This document shows, piece by piece, positions 55,942 to 64,000 of a stretch of DNA of 64,000 nucleotides. The notes under the pieces are model-generated. The model made no database searches, had not been told where the DNA came from, and saw only the letters and a list, made by a program, of their open reading frames with translations. The stretch is from positions 256,001 through 320,000 of the forward strand of contig CAVPIW010000009.1 of assembly GCA_963705105.1 (NCBI GenBank). Reading direction: 5' to 3'. Numbering within the stretch: the stretch's first letter is position 1; every line of letters starts with the position of its first letter. The translations under genes were made by a program, and so were the position numbers. The stretch comes from an uncultured Nitrospiraceae bacterium (GTDB taxonomy: Bacteria > Nitrospirota > Thermodesulfovibrionia > Thermodesulfovibrionales > Dissulfurispiraceae).

Positions 55942-58900
55942 CTACTGCACCCTGAACAGGCCCCAGCTTCCCTCGTATCCGTGCACCGGGCTCTGCATGC
56001 GGTACAGATAGTCTCCCGCAACCCCGAAGGGCCCGCCCGCCGGCACCACCGGGATGAAGTTCCAGTGCGACGCCGGACCGTAGCCTTCCTGGGAACCAAC
56101 CACCTGCGACTGCGGGTTGAGGCCGATCACCGCCGACTCTGCTCCTCCGAACGGAGTCTGGTGCGGTATCCGCTGCCACGGATGACCATGGATCACCGGA
56201 ACTGCAGACCTTTGGTTTCCGGTGGGTTCCACGAAGTAGAACCTGAAGTTCTGGCCCCTCGTCGCCCTGAAGATCGGCGTTTGCGGCTCTGCGTTCACCT
56301 GACGGTTGCTGTAAAGGGCTCCCGTCGGGAAAGACTGCTGACCGTTCGGACCATTAACCGGTGTGGAAGGGGCCATTCTCAGCCTGAACCAGTAAGGCTC
56401 GGACCGGTAGTTGACCGCCTTTATCCCGCTGTCCTCGGCGTCCTCAGGATAGCCGATTATGGGGTCGACAGGCTCCATGCCGGGGACGGACCTGAACTGG
56501 AAACGCGGATCAGGATCGGGATTGGCGAACTTCATGTTCACCGCCGACTGCGTGACCGCCACGAATTCGCGGTAGCTCTGACCGCCCGCAACAGCACAGT
56601 TCGCCTGCGCCCTCGTGCCTGCATCGGGTATGCATCTCGATCCCCTCGGCTCGATCATGAGTGCGCCGATAAGACCCTTCGACGCCTGCTCCAGCTTGTC
56701 TGCGGGGCTGAGACCCACGACGCCGAACTCGATCGGCCGCGGGATCAGGCTGACCAGAGGCGCACCTTCTGACGTCGTCCCGAGACGCTCCACCTGGAAA
56801 TCGCCGGCGTACCAGCGGTATTTCACCGTCCCGCCGGGAGGCGCAGTCTGGACAGGGTTGCTGCCCACGTTCGTGCCGTCCTGGGTAAAGGTGTCAGCGG
56901 CCACCAATTGAGCATGGAGACCGACATGGCTGGACGGCACGATGTCGTTGGAGTTGAATGACGTCTTCCGCGCAGGCGCCGTGACCGGACAGCCTCCATT
57001 GGGACAGAGGTCGATGACCGGATCATAAGTCAGCGCAAGGCTGAAGAGATCGGGCACCACGTTCGGCAGCCTGTTCCTCAGAGTTACATCTATGCAGTCC
57101 CCTGCGTTCGCCCTCAGGATCAGGGGCTCAGGCCTGAGCGTCCCGTTGCGGAGGGCCGGCAGGTCCGTTGTCTGCACATAGAGGATCGCCGTCGGGTCGT
57201 GAAGCGGTCCCTGGCCCCCGGGGATAACCTGAGCGGGCTCGCCAGGCGCAGCAGGAATGATATTGTCCGGCACAACCGTCGTGCGGGCGTTGTAAATGAG
57301 CGTCGAGACGCCGTTGACCCTCGTGGGCAAGGGGATATCGGCGGCCCGGATTGCCGTGACATCGTATCTCCTCACCGGTGCGTTCTCAGGACAGACGCCG
57401 TCCTCGAATTCGTCGAAGTCCTCCTTGTTCACCACCTCGATGGGCCTGTTGCCCGCGATGCTGCCGGGCAGGGGGGCAAGGTTCGTCCTCAACTGGTTGT
57501 ATGCCCTCATCAGGCCCCAGGTCCCAGTCCAAAGACCGGTACTCGACATGTTCGTGGAGTAAAGGAAATCGACCTGGCGCTGGGCCCCCTCGGAAACGAG
57601 ATCCCCCAGCACCGGGAAGTCGAACTGGAACTGCTCGGAAATGCCCATGGACTGGAAGTTCCGCCAGCCCGAGTTCGGATCGGCGTAATTCATGAGCCAC
57701 TTGGCGCCGTGCAACGAGAAGTGGTGAGATTCCTCGGTGGCGCCTACCTGATACCTGATCTTGACCTTGTCGCCTTCGTAGACCCTCATCATGGGTGTTC
57801 CGGGGTCGAGGGGACCCACGTCCGCGGAGATCTGCGGGCAGGGAAGCTCAGGCCCTATGCCTGCCGGTGTCGGGTTCGGCAAAGGAGACAGCAGGCCGGC
57901 TACCACGAAGGGATCAAGACCGCCTGTACCTTCGCCGGGTTTGGCGATGCAGCTCGGGCACTGGATCGTTCTCCTCACGCAGGAGGGTATCTGAATGTTG
58001 AGTTCGGGGTCAGCCCTCTGGATCGAGGCGAAGGCGAAGCCGAGATCACCGGGACGTCCCGCGGCCTGTGTCAGTCTTACGGGGTCGAAGATGCGGGCGC
58101 CGACAGGCTCGCTCCGATAATTCACGACAAAGGTACCGAGGTCTGCGCCGCCGATACCCATCGGACAGGGCCTTGGCACGCCGCCCGGGCAGATATTCTC
58201 AAAGGCATAGCTGTGTACGAGATCTGCAGCTCTCGGGGTGGGGTGCACCGCATCGAGGAAGCTGACCGTACTGACACTGCCTCCCCAGCTCCTCTTGTAG
58301 GACTGCTGGAAGTCGCTGCTCTCGAAGTAGAACTCACGGAACGGGTCCTTGTTGAAGTGGCCCGAGTTGGCCGGCGGGATGATCTGGGCCTGCCATGACG
58401 TCGGGCCGCCGTCGTTGGTGAGCACGTCCACGGGCCCCACGCGGGTTGCGAGGGGCGCGCCGGTCTCGTTGTGTCTCCACTGCGAGCGGGCCGGCTCTAC
58501 GAGGATGGTCGCGTAGAGACCGAGCTGCTGGAAGGTGGAAGGACCGAGATGGTCATGAGTGAAAACGTTGCCGACACCCCGGTCGATGCCCTGGCTGTCG
58601 AACACTGGGTCGGCAAACCAGCGCTGGACCGTCGTCCTGGCGCCGCAGGTCTTGCCGGAGCAGCCCGCAACGCCGACCGTCTGGAAGGGCAGGTCCTGGT
58701 TCTCGAAGAACGGGTGCGTCTCCGCCGTAAGAGTCTGGCGGATGGGCGTTCCGTCAGGATTGTGCCCGACGATGAGGCCTTTGGCGCGATTGATCGCGAT
58801 GATGCGCTCAGCCACCTCGCCGGGGCTCATCGTGCCGTCCTCATAGTTCCAGAGGTTCGCAGCGCCGTCAGCGGAGGACATGTCGAACTTCTCCATATGT

Positions 58901-61737
58901 GTGTGCTGGGCGATGATGTCGGTGGGTGTCCTTACCTGGAAGTCGTCGAGTTCGAAGAAGTTCGGCACGAGGTTGCTGTGCCACGCCTGTGCGCAGTCCA
59001 GCGTGTTGAGCCGGAACACCATCGGCTCCGCCGGTTTCTTGCCCGAGTACAGGTCAGCCACGTCGCCCCAGAGGGCGACGATCCTCTGCTGCGGCATGTG
59101 CCAGCCTTTCTTGTTCAGGACGACGTCGATCTGCATGGCCGTGATCTTATAGGGCCTCGGCTGGTCGCCGCCAAACTCAGCCGTCACAGGCAGCGTGAAG
59201 CCGGTGCATGCAGGGTTCGGGTTGTCGTCCCTCGCTATGGAGCATTCAGGACTATTCCAGATCGGTGTCGAGCCCGTATTGACGGGGTTGCCCATGTTGT
59301 CCACGCAAGGGTCGGCATGAGGGGAGCCGGGTTGCGGCGGCAGGCCGTTGGTTATGAATCCGCCCCTGAAAGGCTTGCCGAGCGCATTAAGGGCCGCTGT
59401 GTCACAGACAGCGGCGAAACCGTCAGGGTAAAAGGTGTCGTGGCACCTGTTCTCGTGGAATGCGAAAGAAGCCAGCTCAGACGCGGAACCCGTCTCAGGG
59501 ACGAGCTCAGCCTCGACGTGTTCGAGCTCCTTGTTGATATCGAATCTCGTGAGGGCCGAGATCGCCGTGCCGCCGGTGATTACGTGTCTCGGCAGCCCGC
59601 CGTCGTGGACAAGGTCAAGGGGCGGCGAGGGCGGCCGGTGTCCGGCGACGCCGGCGATGTAAAACGGAAAGCCGGGGTTCTTCTCCGGGTTGCCGATCAC
59701 AGGAACTGTCGTGTCAACGATAACCCTCCTCGGGTCGACAGGATCGACGAAAGACGGCTGCGGCATCGGCGCCATCGGGAACATCGGGATCGGGACGACG
59801 CCGGGCACGGGTGTGCCGGTGCAGAGACCGTCGAAGTTGGGGTCCTCAAGACAGGTCCCCTGACCCGGGACAGCTGCCACCCTGACCTCGCCATCCGGAT
59901 AGGCCCGCGAGCCCCTCGCCGGAGGAGCATCGCGCAGCGCCCAGGGCAAACGAACACCCTGTGCGTTCTTCCTCGGGTTCAGAACGGTGCCCTCGGCGAA
60001 GACGTCGAGCATCCTCAGCGATGACCACATGCCCTGAGCGAAGTGAGGATAGAAGTGGCAGTGGTAGATCGCGTCGCCGGGGCTGGCGTTGCGGTTGCCG
60101 ACGCCCTCATTCACGATGTCAAAAGTGTAGGCGCTGCCAGGCCCGATCTGCTGCATATCCATGTAGTTGGCCTTGTCGCTTTTGGGCGAGAAGACCCACT
60201 GGTTCCCATGCAGATGGAAGATGTGGTGCTCGAAGGGACCTGCATGGATATTTCTGAACTTGAAGTGGTCACGGATGTAGGCGTGGTGCACCGTGGAAGG
60301 ATCATCGGGGAATATGGCAGCCGTCGCCTTCGGCCCGGGGGTGAGATCGCAGGCGATCGGTGACGCTCCCTCACGGGCGCCTGTCTCGGGCGTGATGGCA
60401 GGGCTCACCGCGACGCCGCCCACCAGCGGCCGGTTGTTCTGCACGCAGCCGTTGGCAGGCAGATCCACCCACATGCCGGGATCGCCCACCGCCCAGGAGG
60501 TGAGGAAGAACTCCTCAGCCTTGCACTCGGGGCAGTCCCACATGGGACCGACGCCGAGCCTGTTGGCGATGATCTCGGGACCGATGGCGCCACTGGCGTA
60601 GTTGATCACGAAGCCGTCCTTCGTAATCGCAAGGGTGTGCTTCAGTACCGGGTTCGTAAAGAAAAACGGGAAGGACTGGACGTTAAAGTGCTCATCACCA
60701 AACACCGAGGCGCTGTCCCTGAAAGGAAGGTCCTGTCTCGGGTTCGTCGCTGTCGACGGGTAGGTTGAGCCTGCGACGAACTTCCCCTTGTTCGGGCCTG
60801 TGATGACCGCATTGACATCACTGTGCACAAGTTCGACAGTAGTGCCCTGCTTCACGCAGACACCGGCCGATGCCGCAGCCGGCGTGCAGAGCATGCTCAG
60901 CACCGGCAGGTTGGCCTTGTTCTCGCTGATGAAGGGCTGCTGGTTGGGATAGCTGGCGTCGTAGTTGATGATCGGGTGTCCGTCCGGGGCGGTGCCGGAA
61001 GTCGCCAGGGTCATGTCCTCATTCGTCACGTGGCTCCGGTAGTACTCAGCCGCAGCCCCCGCATTCCCGGGGATGCCCGGCTCGACGATCACCACGCCGT
61101 ACAGGCCGAAGGTGAGAGTACCGCCTGCGCCTTCGGCGCCCGTCGTGGCGCCCATGTTCGTGATCATATACACGTTTTCGTCAATCGCGTAATAGGTGTA
61201 TGTCCTTCTTCCGCCCGGCGCGACGAGGCTCGAACCGTTCTGCCCGACAAAGGAGCCGTCGCTCGAGATGCCTCCGACAAGCGGCAGGCCCGTGACGTGG
61301 GCCGATGCCTCCCGCGTGACCGGCTGCTCGTTCGGGTCGATCGGCGCAGCCCTCAGAAGGTTCCTGAAGTTGATCTGGAGACAGTCGCCCTTGCTCACGC
61401 GGAGCGAGATGGGACGGGGCCTCTTGTCGGGCCGCAGCACCACCTGTCCGGGCTGGCAATTCACCCCGGACTTATTGCAGGGCTGTCCGATGAACTCGCC
61501 CTGGGCATTGAACGCGTTCGTATACACATCACGTTCGAGCGCGTAGATCATGCCCAAATTGTTGAGAGACCCGAGCCTGTTCAGGAAAAAGTTCTGATCC
61601 AGGGCTACTACGTTGGCAATGACCGTTCGGGTGCAGGTCTGGGCATTTGCTCCGTCCGGCACTGCCAGACCGGCCAGAAGCCCTAAGACCAGCAGGACCG
61701 TGGTCACCGTCGACCATCTTGTGATTTGGTCTTTCAT
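55942..61737 (-). CDS. mnxG: large MnxG-type multicopper oxidase, paralogue 2
   Basis: Same architecture as paralogue 1: HIFHLH, HCHFYPHFAQGM, QHTH, HDH, HHFSLHG. Confidence 0.82.
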   Translation of the reverse strand: MKDQITRWSTVTTVLLVLGLLAGLAVPDGANAQTCTRTVIANVVALDQNFFLNRLGSLNNLGMIYALERDVYTNAFNAQGEFIGQPCNKSGVNCQPGQVVLRPDKRPRPISLRVSKGDCLQINFRNLLRAAPIDPNEQPVTREASAHVTGLPLVGGISSDGSFVGQNGSSLVAPGGRRTYTYYAIDENVYMITNMGATTGAEGAGGTLTFGLYGVVIVEPGIPGNAGAAAEYYRSHVTNEDMTLATSGTAPDGHPIINYDASYPNQQPFISENKANLPVLSMLCTPAAASAGVCVKQGTTVELVHSDVNAVITGPNKGKFVAGSTYPSTATNPRQDLPFRDSASVFGDEHFNVQSFPFFFTNPVLKHTLAITKDGFVINYASGAIGPEIIANRLGVGPMWDCPECKAEEFFLTSWAVGDPGMWVDLPANGCVQNNRPLVGGVAVSPAITPETGAREGASPIACDLTPGPKATAAIFPDDPSTVHHAYIRDHFKFRNIHAGPFEHHIFHLHGNQWVFSPKSDKANYMDMQQIGPGSAYTFDIVNEGVGNRNASPGDAIYHCHFYPHFAQGMWSSLRMLDVFAEGTVLNPRKNAQGVRLPWALRDAPPARGSRAYPDGEVRVAAVPGQGTCLEDPNFDGLCTGTPVPGVVPIPMFPMAPMPQPSFVDPVDPRRVIVDTTVPVIGNPEKNPGFPFYIAGVAGHRPPSPPLDLVHDGGLPRHVITGGTAISALTRFDINKELEHVEAELVPETGSASELASFAFHENRCHDTFYPDGFAAVCDTAALNALGKPFRGGFITNGLPPQPGSPHADPCVDNMGNPVNTGSTPIWNSPECSIARDDNPNPACTGFTLPVTAEFGGDQPRPYKITAMQIDVVLNKKGWHMPQQRIVALWGDVADLYSGKKPAEPMVFRLNTLDCAQAWHSNLVPNFFELDDFQVRTPTDIIAQHTHMEKFDMSSADGAANLWNYEDGTMSPGEVAERIIAINRAKGLIVGHNPDGTPIRQTLTAETHPFFENQDLPFQTVGVAGCSGKTCGARTTVQRWFADPVFDSQGIDRGVGNVFTHDHLGPSTFQQLGLYATILVEPARSQWRHNETGAPLATRVGPVDVLTNDGGPTSWQAQIIPPANSGHFNKDPFREFYFESSDFQQSYKRSWGGSVSTVSFLDAVHPTPRAADLVHSYAFENICPGGVPRPCPMGIGGADLGTFVVNYRSEPVGARIFDPVRLTQAAGRPGDLGFAFASIQRADPELNIQIPSCVRRTIQCPSCIAKPGEGTGGLDPFVVAGLLSPLPNPTPAGIGPELPCPQISADVGPLDPGTPMMRVYEGDKVKIRYQVGATEESHHFSLHGAKWLMNYADPNSGWRNFQSMGISEQFQFDFPVLGDLVSEGAQRQVDFLYSTNMSSTGLWTGTWGLMRAYNQLRTNLAPLPGSIAGNRPIEVVNKEDFDEFEDGVCPENAPVRRYDVTAIRAADIPLPTRVNGVSTLIYNARTTVVPDNIIPAAPGEPAQVIPGGQGPLHDPTAILYVQTTDLPALRNGTLRPEPLILRANAGDCIDVTLRNRLPNVVPDLFSLALTYDPVIDLCPNGGCPVTAPARKTSFNSNDIVPSSHVGLHAQLVAADTFTQDGTNVGSNPVQTAPPGGTVKYRWYAGDFQVERLGTTSEGAPLVSLIPRPIEFGVVGLSPADKLEQASKGLIGALMIEPRGSRCIPDAGTRAQANCAVAGGQSYREFVAVTQSAVNMKFANPDPDPRFQFRSVPGMEPVDPIIGYPEDAEDSGIKAVNYRSEPYWFRLRMAPSTPVNGPNGQQSFPTGALYSNRQVNAEPQTPIFRATRGQNFRFYFVEPTGNQRSAVPVIHGHPWQRIPHQTPFGGAESAVIGLNPQSQVVGSQEGYGPASHWNFIPVVPAGGPFGVAGDYLYRMQSPVHGYEGSWGLFRVQ

Positions 61738-61798
61738 GACAATCCTCCTCTCTTCATCTGACTTTTAGTATGGATATTCATTCACCGACATTTCATAA

Positions 61799-61814
61799 GG
61801 CAAACCAAATGCCA
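61799..61814 (-). promoter_or_regulatory. sigma-54 promoter of oxidase 2
   Basis: Minus strand TGGCATTTGGTTTGCC, at the same distance from the ATG as in paralogue 1 (61 versus 60 nt). Confidence 0.75.
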
Positions 61815-61974
61815 TTGCCCGACCCACGGAAACACCTCTTGTCACTCGCCGGAGGATTGTCTTGAAAATGACTTTCGATTAAAGAAAGATATCAACGACT
61901 TTGCGGGAGAGAACTGACACGCTTGAGGAAGCCGGAGAGAGGCATTATCAGTCTTCAGAGAGGGAGAGGTTTAT

Positions 61975-62053
61975 CCTGCCTGTCACGCGCCACTGTCCTG
62001 ATTGTCTGCCATTCTGTCATGCCCCTCTCATATCCCGGCGCGGCAGGGAGACA
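61975..62053. promoter_or_regulatory. conserved upstream block (putative enhancer)
   Basis: Aligns with 53607-53686. Confidence 0.6.
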
Positions 62054-62090
62054 ACAGTGTGAGTGTCAGTGTAAGTGGTGGAAGACTGCG

Positions 62091-63092
62091 TCAGTACCCT
62101 TCCAGAATGAAGTCCGAAAAGACGATCTGGTATGTTGCGATGAGGGCATAGGCGGAGAAGAGGAGCACCGCCGTCAGCGCCAGCTTCCTCTGGATCTGCG
62201 GCAGCGCCTGAGAAAGGCTCCCGATCTTCCTGAAGGGCATGATCATCCCGACTCCCATGCCGGACACCCCTCCTCCGAGCAGGGTGACATAGAGAAAATA
62301 CCCCACATACCCGTACTCCTTCTGGAGGATGCAGAAGGGGCAATGGTGCGTCGGCAGCTCGTAGAAATAGAGACAGATGAAGGAGATGAGGGCCGCGATG
62401 GAGATGAAAAACGTGGCCGTGCTCAGAAGAGAAAAAAAGTAGACCCCCCTTCCCCGGAGATAGAAAACGGCCCCTGTCAGGACCGTCAGGGCCATCGTCG
62501 TGTAGAAGGCGACCTTCATGGGTATCCTCGGCAGGGACGCAATGGACGACGATATCCCCTCACGATCCGTCGTGAAGAGGGCGCCGCAGCAGGATGTGAT
62601 GACATCCGGCTTGAGACTGAGGAAGTAGGCCGCCTGGAGCGCTGCCTCGGCGAGGACGAGAGGTGTGATCGCGATGAGAAGGATGTATTTTTTTCTGATG
62701 AGAGGGTAATCGAAGGCCCGGTTGTCGGTATGGTTGAGGATGAGCCAGAGTCCGGCAAGGAGGAAATTGACGCCTTTTATGATGATCGTCGGGTACCCGA
62801 ACTCGTTCACGTTCAGGGTGCCGGCGGCGCACATGGCGCCGACGAAGAGGCTGTGGATGGTGTCGGCGGTGAAGATGAAGAGGAAGAGCGAGAGGAGCTG
62901 AAACCCGAAGGCGTAGCTCATGACCGTCGAAATGAGGTAGGTCCTGCGCTCGAGGCCGAGCTGCAGCTCGCTGCCGCTCCTGATGTCCCAATGCCGGAGA
63001 ATGCGGATGCCGTAGTAGGAAGAATAGAGGAGCATGAGGCCGGTGAGGAGAGAGCCCAGGAGAAGGGCGATGATGGCGGGATGAAAAATCAC
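62091..63092 (-). CDS. multi-pass membrane protein with Cys/His motifs
   Basis: About 8-9 TM segments; GAMCAAG, TSCCG, THHCPFC; overlaps the ABC ATPase stop by 4 nt. Confidence 0.8.
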   Translation of the reverse strand: MIFHPAIIALLLGSLLTGLMLLYSSYYGIRILRHWDIRSGSELQLGLERRTYLISTVMSYAFGFQLLSLFLFIFTADTIHSLFVGAMCAAGTLNVNEFGYPTIIIKGVNFLLAGLWLILNHTDNRAFDYPLIRKKYILLIAITPLVLAEAALQAAYFLSLKPDVITSCCGALFTTDREGISSSIASLPRIPMKVAFYTTMALTVLTGAVFYLRGRGVYFFSLLSTATFFISIAALISFICLYFYELPTHHCPFCILQKEYGYVGYFLYVTLLGGGVSGMGVGMIMPFRKIGSLSQALPQIQRKLALTAVLLFSAYALIATYQIVFSDFILEGY

Positions 63093-63775
63093 GGTGTCAC
63101 CCCCGGATCGGTGATCCTGCCGTCTCTCATGGTCACCACGCGGTCGATGATATCGGCGTCATGAACGATCGGGTCGTGGCTGGCGATGATGACCGTCTTG
63201 CTCCGCTCCTTCAGGATCTTCATCGTTTCCATGAATTCGTGGGAGAGCTTCGTATCGAGGTGCGCCGTCGGCTCATCGGCGATGACGACGGCGGGATCGT
63301 TGATGAGGGCCCGGGCGATGGCGACCCGCTGGGTCTCCCCACCCGAGAGCCACTCGACCTTCGACGAGGCCTTCGGGGCGAGGTCGAAGTGATCGAGCAG
63401 CGTCAGCGCCCTCTGCCGGAGAGCGCCGTAGCTTTCTCCTGTCGGATAGGACGGCAGCATGACATTCTCGACGGCGGTGAGCCCCCTGATGAGATGGAAC
63501 TGCTGGAAGATGAACCCGAAGGTCTTCCGCCTGATCTCGGTGAGGAACCGCTCGGGCAGGCTCGTGATCTCGCGGTCAAGGAGCATGATCCTGCCCGACG
63601 TGGGCCTCGCCATGCATCCCAGGATGCTCAGGACCGTCGTCTTGCCCGAGCCGCTCGGCCCCTTGAGCACGGTGATCCTTTCAGAGTCGATGACGAGATC
63701 GATCCCGTCGACGGCGACGAACTCGTTCGGCTTTCCCTGGTTGAAGACCTTCCGTATACCTGTGAGCTGGATCAT
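63089..63775 (-). CDS. ABC transporter ATPase (LolD/MacB-like)
   Basis: GPSGSGKT, GFIFQQF, LSGGETQRVAIARAL, ADEPT, SHD. Confidence 0.92.
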   Translation of the reverse strand: MIQLTGIRKVFNQGKPNEFVAVDGIDLVIDSERITVLKGPSGSGKTTVLSILGCMARPTSGRIMLLDREITSLPERFLTEIRRKTFGFIFQQFHLIRGLTAVENVMLPSYPTGESYGALRQRALTLLDHFDLAPKASSKVEWLSGGETQRVAIARALINDPAVVIADEPTAHLDTKLSHEFMETMKILKERSKTVIIASHDPIVHDADIIDRVVTMRDGRITDPGVTP

Positions 63776-63910
63776 TTCATTAGTGTAAGTGTGAGTGTGA
63801 GTTCGTGGATCATTTTTGTCCTTATAGTGTGAGTGTAAGTGTGAGTGTGAGTTCGCGGATCATTTTTGTCCTTATAGTGTGAGTGTGAGTTCGTGGATCA
63901 TTTTTGTCCT
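63772..63910 (-). repeat. three tandem units (AGTGTR)n-AGTTCGYGGATCATTTTTGTCCT, each encoding a mini-ORF
   Basis: Read directly; unit length varies in 6-nt steps. Confidence 0.85.
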
Positions 63911-63999
63911 ATATGTTTCAATGATCGTATCAAACCGTGAAGCATCTTCGTTATTTCATCCGTCATATCCCGCAGGTGGTCATGTTCTTTTGTTGTCAA
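63898..63999 (-). CDS. C-terminal end of a probable four-helix-bundle (23S rRNA IVP-like) protein, partial
   Basis: Manual translation LTTKEHDHLRDMTDEITKMLHGLIRSLKHIGQK* resembles the EI.KML.GLI.SL family terminus; only 33 aa visible. Confidence 0.6.
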   Translation of the reverse strand: MTTKEHDHLRDMTDEITKMLHGLIRSLKHIGQK

Positions 64000-64000
64000 G

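Noticed and set aside
63772..63910. CRISPR array
   Set aside because: The would-be spacers are the same short hexamer run rather than unique sequences; only three units and no cas genes.

Overview
GC-rich bacterial chromosomal window; the host cannot be determined from the sequence. It has two interleaved blocks. (1) About 0.6-26 kb: a surface-polysaccharide locus with gmd, NDP-sugar enzymes, GT2/GT4/GT-C glycosyltransferases, a wzm-cysC-wzt exporter, a sulfotransferase and a methyltransferase/glycosyltransferase/sulfotransferase fusion, pointing to a sulfated and methylated glycan. (2) 2.3-6.9 kb and 26.5-62 kb: an array of secreted proteins. Ten of them (one frameshifted) end in the same FG-GAP/VCBS-like beta-propeller module. 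Their swappable N-terminal cargos are FN3/Ig-like repeats, CAP, choice-of-anchor L (x3), a PQQ sugar dehydrogenase, an uncharacterised Cys-containing 'G(F/Y)P.W..D' domain (x3), or none. The array is clustered with two roughly 1,950-aa MnxG-type multicopper oxidases, a YncE-like propeller and an S74-chaperone fibre protein. Nine sigma-54 -24/-12 motifs and two families of upstream boxes suggest one co-regulated extracellular system. My hypothesis is a glycan-anchored metal-oxidising surface layer with a new C-terminal anchoring module. The window also carries three MITE families, tandem mini-ORF repeats and a partial four-helix-bundle gene. No CRISPR, rRNA, tRNA or transposase was seen. All product calls come from motif recognition; no database searches were run.
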